A DNA stretch of 38,380 bases from Candidatus Staskawiczbacteria bacterium. GTDB lineage: Bacteria > Patescibacteriota > Minisyncoccia > Minisyncoccales > Staskawiczbacteraceae. Each line of letters begins with the position of its first letter. Positions within the stretch are counted from its first letter, which is position 1. Made by a program: the position numbers and the translations under genes. Location of the stretch: contig CAISIO010000029.1 in the NCBI GenBank assembly GCA_903885445.1, positions 1 to 38,380 of the forward strand, written 5' to 3'. The notes under the pieces are model-generated. The model did no database searches. It was given only the letters and a program-made list of their open reading frames with translations, and was not told where the DNA came from. Positions 16,240-25,379 of the stretch are shown piece by piece.

Positions 16240-18749
16240 TTTTTTCTGAATACACAAATAAATCAGCTGATGACGTTTTAGTTTTACTGAAAAGCTCCAA
16301 GGACGGCCTCTCAAAAAAAGAGGCGGTTTCAGCCCAGCAAAAATACGGCTTGAACGAAATAAAAACTAAAAATATCAGCGCCGTTGACATTTTTGTCAGG
16401 CAGTTTAAATCACCGTTTGCTTATTTGTTGCTGGTTGCGGCAATAATTTCATTTTTTATCGGCCAGCTAATTGATAGCGTCGCGGTCGTAGCATTCGTCA
16501 TACTAAATGTTATTATCGGGTTTTACCAAGAATATAAGGCTGGAAAAGCGGTTTCTCTTTTGCAAAAATTTATTCCGCAAAAGGTCAAAATTTTGAGGGA
16601 TTCAAAAGAAGAATTAATTGATAAAAAATTTTTGGCGCCAGGCGACATCGTTTTGCTGGAGGCCGGTGATATTGTGCCGGCGGATTTGAGGGCAATAATT
16701 TTGCAGAACTTTTTAGTTAACGAGTCGGCCCTTACGGGAGAATCTGTTCCGGTCTCAAAAATTACCGATGCGCTAGATCGGCAGGAGGAAGAAATTTTTC
16801 TTGCGAAAAATATTATTTTTTCAGGTTCGTCTGTGGTTTCGGGCAAAGCGCAGGCGGTTGTCTTGGCCGTGGGGAAAGAAACGGTTTTTGGCGGAATTGT
16901 AAAAATTGTCTCGGGAATAAAACGGGAAAGCGCTTATGAAAAAAGCATTTTGTATTTTTGCAAACTGATTTTAAGGATTGTCGCTACAACGATGATCCTG
17001 GTTTTTGTTGTAAATATTTTATTCAAGGGATTAAACGATGTTTGGGAGCTTCTTTTGTTTTCAGTCGCCTTAATAGTGAGTATTCTGCCCGAAGCCCTGC
17101 CGGCTGTGGTTACATTTGCCTTGTCCGCAGGGAGTTTGAAAATGGCAAAACAAAATGTGGTTGTTAAGCGGTTATCTGCAATTGAAGATTTGGGTAACAT
17201 AGAAGTTTTGTGCGCGGACAAGACCGGCACGCTTACGCAGAATAAATTATCGCTTGAGGAGGTTGTTTCGTCTGATAAAAGAAAATGTTTTCTGTACGGC
17301 GTTTTGGGCGGGAAAATAATTAATCCCTTTGACGCCGCGCTTTATAAGCGGGTTCCCGAGGAAACTTTAAGGGACTCGAAAAAGTTCAAAATCATTTTTG
17401 AATTGCCGTTTGACTCGTACAGGATGAGATCTGCCTTTTTGATACAATCTGGCAAGGGAGAAAAGTTTTTGGTTGTAAAAGGCGCCCCGGAATCCATAGT
17501 AAAAGTTTGTTCAAAATTTGGCGGCAATTCCGACAGAAAGGAAATTATAGAGGACATAGCAAAGGAAGGCAGCGAAGGAAAAAGAGTCTTGGCTATAGCG
17601 TTTAAAAAACTTGATATAAATAAAAGTGAAATTACAGCAAACGATGAAAAACAGCTTATTTTTCAAGGATATTTTGTTTTTAGCGACCCTATAAAAACAA
17701 CCGCGAAAGAGGCGCTGAATTTGTCTAAAAAATTAGGAGTTAAAATTAAAATTATTACCGGGGATTCAAAAGAAGTTGCCGGTTATGTGGCAAGGCAGAC
17801 GGGATTGGCGTCCGGAACGCAAGATATTATTTCTGGCGAGGAACTGCTCAAATTATCGAAGGAAGAGTTTGACGACGAGTGCGATGGCAAGTCGGTTTTT
17901 GCCAGGATTTCTCCTGATTTAAAATATAGGATAATCCAATCTCTCCAAAAAAAATATGAAGTCGGATTTATGGGAGAGGGTTTTAACGATGCGCCGGCTT
18001 TAAAAGCAGCCGATGTCGGTATCGCCGTTGCCGAGGCATCTGATGTTGCAAGAGACGCCGCAGATGTTGTTCTTTTGCAGAAGGATTTGCGGGTTGTTGT
18101 AAACGGGATTAAAGACGGCAGGATGATTTTTGCTAACATAAATAAATATATTAAGTGCGCGCTGGCAAGCAATTTCGGTAATTTTTATTCAATTGCAGCG
18201 ATTTCTGTATTTATTAATTTCTTGCCAATGCTTCCAGTGCAAATTTTGCTTGGAAACTTGCTGTCTGATTTTCCGCTTATAACCGTTGCCACAGATTCCG
18301 TTGACCTAGACGAATTAAGAAAACCGAAACAATATCAATTGCACAATGTTTTGCCTTTAATAATTTCCTTGGCGCTGGTCAGCACGATTTTTGATTTTAT
18401 ATTTTTTGCAATATTTTTCAGGTCCTCGCCGGCCGTCATTCAGACTTTATGGTTTATAGAAAGCATTTTAACAGAAATTTTATTGATATTCATCATCAGG
18501 ACGCGCGGCAAGTTTTGGAAGGCAAGAAGGCCCAGCGCGTGGCTTTTGTCGCTTACAATTATTGACGCGGTTTTTATTATTGCCTTGCCGTTTTTAAAAA
18601 TCGGACAAAACTGGTTCCATTTTGTGGCCCTGCCGATTTTGCCGCTGCTGATTGTGTTTCTTGAACTGGCCGCCTATTTTTGGGTCAGCGAATTTGTGAA
18701 ATTAGTTTATTTCCATTATTGGAAACCAAAAACTTCTGTGATAAGCTAA
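16236..18749 (+). CDS. Cation-transporting P-type ATPase, MgtA-like
   Basis: LTGES, PEALP, DKTGTLT, KGAPE, TGD, GEGFNDAPAL; ASNFGN and QILLGNLLSD resemble Mg2+-ATPase motifs. Confidence 0.9.
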   Translation: MIFSEYTNKSADDVLVLLKSSKDGLSKKEAVSAQQKYGLNEIKTKNISAVDIFVRQFKSPFAYLLLVAAIISFFIGQLIDSVAVVAFVILNVIIGFYQEYKAGKAVSLLQKFIPQKVKILRDSKEELIDKKFLAPGDIVLLEAGDIVPADLRAIILQNFLVNESALTGESVPVSKITDALDRQEEEIFLAKNIIFSGSSVVSGKAQAVVLAVGKETVFGGIVKIVSGIKRESAYEKSILYFCKLILRIVATTMILVFVVNILFKGLNDVWELLLFSVALIVSILPEALPAVVTFALSAGSLKMAKQNVVVKRLSAIEDLGNIEVLCADKTGTLTQNKLSLEEVVSSDKRKCFLYGVLGGKIINPFDAALYKRVPEETLRDSKKFKIIFELPFDSYRMRSAFLIQSGKGEKFLVVKGAPESIVKVCSKFGGNSDRKEIIEDIAKEGSEGKRVLAIAFKKLDINKSEITANDEKQLIFQGYFVFSDPIKTTAKEALNLSKKLGVKIKIITGDSKEVAGYVARQTGLASGTQDIISGEELLKLSKEEFDDECDGKSVFARISPDLKYRIIQSLQKKYEVGFMGEGFNDAPALKAADVGIAVAEASDVARDAADVVLLQKDLRVVVNGIKDGRMIFANINKYIKCALASNFGNFYSIAAISVFINFLPMLPVQILLGNLLSDFPLITVATDSVDLDELRKPKQYQLHNVLPLIISLALVSTIFDFIFFAIFFRSSPAVIQTLWFIESILTEILLIFIIRTRGKFWKARRPSAWLLSLTIIDAVFIIALPFLKIGQNWFHFVALPILPLLIVFLELAAYFWVSEFVKLVYFHYWKPKTSVIS

Positions 18750-18753
18750 AGCC

Positions 18754-19788
18754 ATGGATTTAACGATAATACTATTACTAATAATTGCGGTGGGGATGGT
18801 GGTGGCGATTTTTTTGTTGCTCCGCAAAAAGCCGGAAATTGAAAAGAAAGAAGATAACTCGCTTTTGGTGTTGCAACAGTTAAATAATATTTCGCAGGTT
18901 TTGGATTCTAAATTGTCTGAAACGAATAAAAATACCCAGTTTCAGTTTGACCAGTCTGCAAAAATAATTGGAGACGTAAGAGAAAGATTGGCTAAACTGG
19001 ATGAAACAAACAGGCAAGTGGTTGGATTCGCCGACCAGTTAAAAAGTTTGCAGGATATTTTAAAGAACCCGAAACAGCGGGGGATTCTTGGAGAGTATTA
19101 TTTGGAAACTGTTTTGAAAAATGTTTTGCCTCCCAGCTCTTTCCAAATGCAATACTCGTTTTCAAACGGCGAAATTGTTGACGCGGTTGTTTTTGTTGAT
19201 AAAAGAATAATCCCGATTGACTCAAAATTTTCTTTGGATAATTATAATAGAATGTTGCAGACGAACGACCCGGTTGAGAAAAAAAGATTGGAAACGGCCT
19301 TTGTGAATGATTTAAAACTAAGGATTGACGAAACCTCAAAATATGTAAGGCCGGAAGAAAAAACAATGGATTTTGCTTTTATGTTTATTCCCTCGGAAGC
19401 GGTTTATTATGATTTGCTGATAAATAAAGTTGGTGTTATTGCCGAAGACACGAATAATTTAATTTATTACGCGGGGAAGAAAAAAGTTATTGTTGTTTCG
19501 CCGACTTCATTTTTGGCATATTTGCAGACAGTTTTGCAGGGGCTGAGAAACCAGAAGATTTCCGAGCAGGCGCAAACCATAATAAAAGAAGTCGAACGGC
19601 TGGGAAAGCATTTATTTACATATGCGGAGCATTTTAATAGATTGGGCCAGCATTTAGACGGAACAGTCAGCAGTTTTAATAAGGCAAAGCTGGAATTCGG
19701 CAAAATAGACAAAGATGTTATAAAACTCACGGGAGGCGAATCAAAGCTGGAACTGGACGAGGTTAACCGTCCGGCAGTTGACGAATAA
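18754..19788 (+). CDS. rmuC: DNA recombination protein RmuC
   Basis: KQRGILGE, IPIDSKF, DFAFMFIPSEAVY, VSPTSF; N-terminal TM and coiled coil. Confidence 0.92.
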   Translation: MDLTIILLLIIAVGMVVAIFLLLRKKPEIEKKEDNSLLVLQQLNNISQVLDSKLSETNKNTQFQFDQSAKIIGDVRERLAKLDETNRQVVGFADQLKSLQDILKNPKQRGILGEYYLETVLKNVLPPSSFQMQYSFSNGEIVDAVVFVDKRIIPIDSKFSLDNYNRMLQTNDPVEKKRLETAFVNDLKLRIDETSKYVRPEEKTMDFAFMFIPSEAVYYDLLINKVGVIAEDTNNLIYYAGKKKVIVVSPTSFLAYLQTVLQGLRNQKISEQAQTIIKEVERLGKHLFTYAEHFNRLGQHLDGTVSSFNKAKLEFGKIDKDVIKLTGGESKLELDEVNRPAVDE

Positions 19789-19832
19789 CGGTTTTTTTGC
19801 TAAACTATGTTTATACTAAAACACTCATAAAT

Positions 19833-20138
19833 ATGATAGCAATTATAAGAACTGGCGGGAAACAATATGTTGTCCAGCCGGGAGATAAAATCAAAGTAGA
19901 AAAATTGGATAAAAAAGAAGGAGAGGAATTTTCCTTTTCTGATGTTTTGTTGGTTGAAAAGAGCAAAAAAATTGAGGTTGGAAATCCAACAGTTAAAGTG
20001 GAAGTCCAGGCAAAAGTTTTAAGCCACGGAAAGGGAGACAAAGTAATCGTTTTTAAATATAAAGCCAAGAAAAGAGAAAGCAAGAAAATTGGACACAGGC
20101 AAACATACACGGAAATAGAAATTACAGGAATTAAATAA
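19833..20138 (+). CDS. rplU: 50S ribosomal protein L21
   Basis: MIAIIRTGGKQY and GHRQTYT; start at ATG 19833. Confidence 0.96.
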   Translation: MIAIIRTGGKQYVVQPGDKIKVEKLDKKEGEEFSFSDVLLVEKSKKIEVGNPTVKVEVQAKVLSHGKGDKVIVFKYKAKKRESKKIGHRQTYTEIEITGIK

Positions 20139-20151
20139 ATCTTAACTAATT

Positions 20152-20176
20152 AAAAGACCCGTGAAAGCGGGTTTTT
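20152..20176. terminator. Bidirectional terminator
   Basis: AAAAGACCCG-TGAAAG-CGGGTTTTT between convergent genes. Confidence 0.7.
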
Positions 20177-20438
20177 AGTTGGCAAACAATTCCTTTGTTT
20201 TCTCAATTATCGCGTTTTCCAACAGCTTACTGGTTTCCTCGTTTGTTGGGCGGTATACATTGATATCCTTAGCGCCAACCTTTTTTGTGGGGTAGGTTAT
20301 TCTATAACCCGAGCCGTCAAGCCGCGTGTGTACTCCAATAGACCCTAAATAGATGCTATTATCAATAAGCACGCTAGCGAAAGCGACTAATCCGTTATGG
20401 GGAGTGATCGGCGTAATTTGTATATCTGTAATTTTCAT
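20175..20438 (-). CDS. SpoVG family protein
   Basis: MKITDIQI, LVAFASVLID, ITYP, YRPTNEE pattern. Confidence 0.75.
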   Translation of the reverse strand: MKITDIQITPITPHNGLVAFASVLIDNSIYLGSIGVHTRLDGSGYRITYPTKKVGAKDINVYRPTNEETSKLLENAIIEKTKELFAN

Positions 20439-20504
20439 ATTTATTGTTATATAACTAATACGTATGCGCCACCTATTTACGCAGCATTACCCTAAAGAGA
20501 GAAT

Positions 20505-21233
20505 ATGTTAGAAAAAGAAAAAAGTTGGCTTTTAAAAGAGAAATATAATAATAAGCCGACCAAAAAATATTATAAAGATGTTGAACGGCTCAACTCAGGT
20601 GAGCCGTTAGATTATGTAATTGGGTTTACAGAGTTTTTGAATTGTAAAATTGATTTATCCAGAAGCCCGTTGATTCCGAGGCCGGAAACCGAATATTGGG
20701 TGAGCCAAGAATTAAAAAATATTAAATCGGGAAAAGTGTTGGATATTTTTTCAGGTTCCGGCTGCATCGGGATCGCGATTTTAAAACATTCGCAAAGTTT
20801 ATTGTGCGACTTCGCAGATAAAGATGTCGGAGCGATAAAACAAGTAAAAATAAATTTAAAAATAAATAATATAAGTTCGGCGAGGTATAAAATAATAAAA
20901 TCAGACGTTTTTGACGGCGTAAAAAGTAAGTATGATTATATCTTCGCTAATCCACCGTATATCTCGACTGTAAAGAAAAATAAAATCCAAAAATCAGTTT
21001 TGAAATACGAGCCAAAGTCAGCTCTATTCGGCGGGAAAGACGGACTTTTTTATATCAGAAAATTTTTAAAAGATGCGCGGAATTATTTAAATCCCGGCGG
21101 ACAAATTTTTATGGAATTTGATTTTATTCAAAAGAGGGGGATTGAGCTTTTATTAAAAAAATATAGTTACAAAATATGGGAATTTCACAAGGACCAATTC
21201 AGCAAATGGAGGTGGGTTTCTGTCTTAAATTGA
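20505..21233 (+). CDS. prmC: Release factor glutamine methyltransferase (HemK/PrmC)
   Basis: GEPLDYVIG, LIPRPETE, DIFSGSGCIG, NPPY, ALFGGKDGL. Confidence 0.92.
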   Translation: MLEKEKSWLLKEKYNNKPTKKYYKDVERLNSGEPLDYVIGFTEFLNCKIDLSRSPLIPRPETEYWVSQELKNIKSGKVLDIFSGSGCIGIAILKHSQSLLCDFADKDVGAIKQVKINLKINNISSARYKIIKSDVFDGVKSKYDYIFANPPYISTVKKNKIQKSVLKYEPKSALFGGKDGLFYIRKFLKDARNYLNPGGQIFMEFDFIQKRGIELLLKKYSYKIWEFHKDQFSKWRWVSVLN

Positions 21234-21256
21234 AAAGTCCCTAGCGGGATTTTTTT
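21233..21256 (+). terminator. Intrinsic terminator after prmC
   Basis: AAAAGTCCC-TAGC-GGGA followed by a T run. Confidence 0.65.
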
Positions 21257-21257
21257 G

Positions 21258-21285
21258 TTGCTTTTTGATATCTAAATGGTAGTAT
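21258..21285 (+). promoter_or_regulatory. Putative sigma70 promoter of purC
   Basis: TTGCTT, 16 nt ending in TGG, TAGTAT. Confidence 0.45.
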
Positions 21286-21380
21286 TTAATAATCGTGATA
21301 GAGAGCGTCCGACCTCGTAACCTCTTGAGGGAGTCATGGAAATGATTGAGTTGCGACCGTCCTTTGAAAATGGGTGTTTC

Positions 21381-22262
21381 ATGTCCGCTAACGCTACGGG
21401 TTGTCCTGCTCGTAGCGGGAAGGTGCGCGAGATCTTGGATCTCGAGGAGGAGTTGCTTCTCTTGGTTACTGATCGTCTCAGCGCCTTCGACGTGGTCATG
21501 CCCAACGGCATCCCCGACAAAGGCCGCGTACTCACGCAGATCAGCGCGTTCTGGTTCCGCTTATTGGAGGACATTACGCCCAACCACATGCTGTCCATTG
21601 ACGTGGACGATTTGCCGGAGGGACTCCTCGCCCACGCCGAGGAGCTTGCCGGGCGGTTCATGCTTTGTCGCAAGTGTCGCGTGGTGCCCATTGAGTGCAT
21701 CGTCCGTGGATATCTCGCCGGCAGCGGATGGAAGGAGTACAAGCAGAGCGGCACGGTGTGTGGCATTCCCCTGCCAGAGGACCTCAAGCAGTGCTCCGAG
21801 CTGCCTGAGCCGATCTTTACCCCCTCCACCAAGGCCGAGAAGGGCCACGACGAGAACATAACCTTCGAGCAGACCTGCGACTTGGTTGGCCGGGACGTGG
21901 CCGCCCAGATCCGCGAGAAGTCCCTGGCCGTCTACAACCGAGGGCGGGCTTACGCGGCCGAACGAGGCATCATCCTGGCCGACACGAAGTTCGAATGGGG
22001 CTGGGACGCCGATGGTCGGCTTCTGCTGATCGACGAAGTGCTCACGCCGGATTCCTCCCGCTTCTGGCCGGCCGATGGGTACAAGCCCGGGCGTGACCAG
22101 CCGAGCTTCGACAAGCAGTTCGTCCGCGACTATCTGGACCAGATCGGCTTCGACCGCAGGCCCCCCGGCCCGGTCCTGCCGGCCGACATCGTCCAGAAGA
22201 CCCGCGCCAAGTACATCGAGGCCTTCACGCGCCTCAGCGGCCAGGAATTCGCCTGGGAGTAG
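21381..22262 (+). CDS. purC: SAICAR synthetase
   Basis: GKVRE, TDRLSAFD, ECIVRGY, FTPSTKA, ADTKFE, DEVLTPDSSRFW, DKQFVRDYL; start is 21381 or 21336; very GC-rich. Confidence 0.95.
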   Translation: MSANATGCPARSGKVREILDLEEELLLLVTDRLSAFDVVMPNGIPDKGRVLTQISAFWFRLLEDITPNHMLSIDVDDLPEGLLAHAEELAGRFMLCRKCRVVPIECIVRGYLAGSGWKEYKQSGTVCGIPLPEDLKQCSELPEPIFTPSTKAEKGHDENITFEQTCDLVGRDVAAQIREKSLAVYNRGRAYAAERGIILADTKFEWGWDADGRLLLIDEVLTPDSSRFWPADGYKPGRDQPSFDKQFVRDYLDQIGFDRRPPGPVLPADIVQKTRAKYIEAFTRLSGQEFAWE

Positions 22263-22298
22263 TCGAGAGGCTTCAATTTTATGTTAGTCATGCGAGAG

Positions 22299-22332
22299 GC
22301 CTGGCACGTGCGTTGTGCCGGGCGTTTTTTTT
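22299..22332 (+). terminator. Intrinsic terminator after purC
   Basis: GCCTGGCACG-TGCGT-TGTGCCGGGC, then G and T8. Confidence 0.8.
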
Positions 22333-22425
22333 GCAAAAAATTGATTGATTTAAATGATTTTAATCTGGTCTTGCCCTCAACGATAAATTTGAAAAATTTA
22401 TAAAAAGGGGGTAAAATAAGGAAAA

Positions 22426-23112
22426 ATGGGCGAGAAAAAAATACAACTTTCACCGAACTCGTTAAATCTGTTTCTGGAATGCCCGCATTGTTTTTGGCTA
22501 GATAAAAATTTGGGAGTTAAAAGGCCGCCGGCGTATCCTTATGCTTTAAATTCCGCGGTTGATGAATTACTGAAAGAAGAGTTTGATGCTTATCGCGCTA
22601 AAAATTTAATGCATCCTTTATTATCAGAGAATAATATAAAAGCGCATTTGTTTCCAAACCAAAAATTATTAAATCAGTGGAGGAATAATCTTGCCGGAAT
22701 AAGATATTTTGACCAAGATATTGGAGCAACGTTATTTGGCGCAGTTGACGATGTCTTGCAATTCGACGATAATAAAATAGCCCCGCTAGATTACAAATCA
22801 ACCGGAAGCACCACAGCGAATGTTTATGACAGATTTCAATTGCAACTGGACACGTACGCGTTCTTGATGGAAAAAAATGGATATAGCATTTCAGGGAAAG
22901 GGTACCTGGCATTCTATGTCGTTGACAAGAGCAGGGGATTTATAGACAGGTTGCCTTTTAGAAAAGAAATTATGGAGGTAGAAACTAATTCCGCGGGCAT
23001 ATACGATATTTTTAAAGACGCGGTAAACGTATTAAAAAAAACAGCTCCGAGCGCGCACAGCCGAGATTGCCAATTCAAAAAATGGTTCGACGGAGCAAAA
23101 GCATTTAATTAA
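22426..23112 (+). CDS. PD-(D/E)XK nuclease superfamily protein (RecB/Cas4-like fold)
   Basis: LSPNSL..CPHCFW, GAVDD, LDYKS, QLDTY; promoter TTGAAA-17-TAAAAT directly upstream. Confidence 0.85.
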   Translation: MGEKKIQLSPNSLNLFLECPHCFWLDKNLGVKRPPAYPYALNSAVDELLKEEFDAYRAKNLMHPLLSENNIKAHLFPNQKLLNQWRNNLAGIRYFDQDIGATLFGAVDDVLQFDDNKIAPLDYKSTGSTTANVYDRFQLQLDTYAFLMEKNGYSISGKGYLAFYVVDKSRGFIDRLPFRKEIMEVETNSAGIYDIFKDAVNVLKKTAPSAHSRDCQFKKWFDGAKAFN

Positions 23113-23122
23113 ACAATAAACT

Positions 23123-24658
23123 ATGAAAATACCCAAATTTTTAAAAAGAAAAAGAAACATCTGGATTATAATAATTTTGGTTGTGGTTATTTTGCTCGGG
23201 TTTCTAATTTTTAGCCCGAAAAATAATACAAGTTCTATCCAAACCGGTTTTGTTACCAAACAAAATTTACAGGAGACGGTTCTCTCGACCGGGCAGGTTG
23301 TCAGCGAGATAGACCTTAGTTTGGGCTTTCAGGGTAGCGGGGTTGTCAGGCGAGTTTTGGCTAATGAGGGTGATAAAGTAAGGCAAGGCCAGCTCTTGGC
23401 TTCGCTTGACCAATCAAGCGCTCTGGCGACCCTGACTACGGCCCAAGGTTCTTTGGCGCAGGCGAAGGCGAACTACGAGAAGCTTTTAGCAGGCGCGTCG
23501 CAGCAGAGCGTTAAAACAGTTCAGGATTCCATAAACTCGGCTAAGCAGGATTTAACTAACGCCTACAACGGCGCAATAAACACTTTAAATAGCGCCCACA
23601 CCAGCATGTTTAACGCTTTTTCTGTGGCTAATTTAATTCAAAACGCTTATTTTTCAGCCAGCGACCAACAAGGAGTCGCGGTGTCCGCCGCTAAAATCAA
23701 TATTAACAGCAATATGCAGACCGCGCAAAATTATTTAAATACTGCAGAGACAAGCATGGATCCTGGAGACATTGATACGGCAATAGGGAAAACGATATTA
23801 GACCTCAATAAAATCTATGATGATTTAAATATCATCCGGGCACAATGCGACCAAGGGCTTTATTATACAAGTGTCGCATCCGCCGATAAAGCATCTTTGG
23901 ATGCGCAGAAAACATATATTAATACTGCGTTAGCTGGAGTTACTTCGGCGCAACAAAGTGTTGCTTCTCTAAAATTGGCGTTGCAAAAAGCAGAAGACCA
24001 GCTAAGCGTTACGACCGCTCCGCCGACCCAAGCAGACGTTGATTTGGCAAAGGCCCAGATGCTTTCGGCGCAGGGCCAGGTTGATTCGGCGCAAGCTGTT
24101 TTAAATAATTCAGTTATAATTGCGCCGGCTGCGGGGACCATTACTAGAGTTGATATAAAAGTTGGCGAGCAGGCAACTCCTTCAAAAGAAGTGATGGTTT
24201 TGCAGGACGTTGGAGATCTGCACGCCGAAGCCGACGTAAGTGAGGCCAATGTTGCGTCTTTGCAAATTGGGCAAAGCATTGATTATACGTTTGATGCACT
24301 CGGACCAGACCAACATTTTATCGGAAAGGTTTTAACAATAAACCCGTCTTCAACGGTAATTTCCGGAGTTGTTGACTATAAGGTTGCAGGCAGTTTTGAT
24401 AATGTACCCAGCATAAAACCCGGCATGACTGCCAATATGACAATTCTAGTCGCGCAAAAAATTGATGCGCTGGCCGTTCCGTCTACGGCGATAATAAACA
24501 AAAACAATAAGCAATACGTGAGGGTTATTGATGATCCAAAAACAAAAACCTATCACGAAGTACAAGTGCAAACAGGATTGCAGGCAGACGGCGGGCTTGT
24601 TGAAATTATTTCCGGGTTAAGTGATGGCCGGCAAATAGTAGTTTATATGAAACCATAA
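23123..24658 (+). CDS. Efflux membrane-fusion (MacA-like adaptor) protein
   Basis: N-terminal TM, EGDKVRQGQLLASLD, long coiled coil, IIAPAAG, KPGMTA, VEIISGL. Confidence 0.9.
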   Translation: MKIPKFLKRKRNIWIIIILVVVILLGFLIFSPKNNTSSIQTGFVTKQNLQETVLSTGQVVSEIDLSLGFQGSGVVRRVLANEGDKVRQGQLLASLDQSSALATLTTAQGSLAQAKANYEKLLAGASQQSVKTVQDSINSAKQDLTNAYNGAINTLNSAHTSMFNAFSVANLIQNAYFSASDQQGVAVSAAKININSNMQTAQNYLNTAETSMDPGDIDTAIGKTILDLNKIYDDLNIIRAQCDQGLYYTSVASADKASLDAQKTYINTALAGVTSAQQSVASLKLALQKAEDQLSVTTAPPTQADVDLAKAQMLSAQGQVDSAQAVLNNSVIIAPAAGTITRVDIKVGEQATPSKEVMVLQDVGDLHAEADVSEANVASLQIGQSIDYTFDALGPDQHFIGKVLTINPSSTVISGVVDYKVAGSFDNVPSIKPGMTANMTILVAQKIDALAVPSTAIINKNNKQYVRVIDDPKTKTYHEVQVQTGLQADGGLVEIISGLSDGRQIVVYMKP

Positions 24659-25374
24659 TGAGCTTAATAGAAGTAGAAAATCTTGGAAAAGATTACATTA
24701 ACGACGAAGTTGTAACGCGCGTTTTGCACGACGTCAGTTTTAAGATAAAAGAAGGGGAGTTCGTGGCAATTATGGGCCCCTCCGGTTCTGGGAAGTCAAC
24801 TTTAATGCACATATTAAGCTTTTTGGACCGGCCAACCGCCGGTGTTTATAAATTTGAGGACAAAAATACAAAAGATTTTAACGACGATTATCTGGCGAAG
24901 TTGAGGAACGAAAGAGTCGGGTTTGTTTTTCAATCCTTTAATTTATTGGCGCGCACAACAGTTTTAGATAATGTAAGATTGCCCCTAATTTACAGCAAGA
25001 AAAAAAATTATGACGAATTAGCGGAAAAAGCGCTGGAATCGGTTGGAATGTCGCACAGGTTAAATTATTTTACAAACCAGATTTCCGGCGGAGAAAAGCA
25101 GAGAGTCGCAATCGCCAGGGCGCTGGTAAATAATCCGGCTGTAATTTTTGCCGACGAGCCGACAGGAAATCTTGATTCAAAATCTGGAAACGCGGTAATG
25201 CATATTCTGCAGAAATTAAATAACCAGGGCCACACAATTATTTTGGTCACGCACGAAACAGATACTGCTAATCACGCAAAGAGAATTATCCGCATAAAAG
25301 ACGGAAATATTATTTCTGATGAAAAAGTAGAAAGGCGTACGATTGCTGAAACCGACAAAGAGCTGGTGAAATAA
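24658..25374 (+). CDS. ABC transporter ATP-binding protein (MacB/LolD-like)
   Basis: GPSGSGKST, ISGGEKQRVAIARAL, ADEPTGNLD, VTH. Confidence 0.95.
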   Translation: MSLIEVENLGKDYINDEVVTRVLHDVSFKIKEGEFVAIMGPSGSGKSTLMHILSFLDRPTAGVYKFEDKNTKDFNDDYLAKLRNERVGFVFQSFNLLARTTVLDNVRLPLIYSKKKNYDELAEKALESVGMSHRLNYFTNQISGGEKQRVAIARALVNNPAVIFADEPTGNLDSKSGNAVMHILQKLNNQGHTIILVTHETDTANHAKRIIRIKDGNIISDEKVERRTIAETDKELVK

Positions 25375-25379
25375 TTTAA

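Noticed and set aside
21290-21380. Purine or ZTP riboswitch upstream of purC
   Set aside because: Only a weak hairpin; consensus motifs were not recognisable by eye, and an Rfam scan would be needed
21272-22453. Several long alternative-frame and antisense ORFs over purC
   Set aside because: Expected shadow ORFs in high-GC sequence; no recognisable motifs
22426-23112. Possible Cas4 or CRISPR locus
   Set aside because: No array or other cas genes are present, and only three Cys are seen, so the four-Cys Fe-S staple is incomplete; treated as a solo PD-(D/E)XK nuclease
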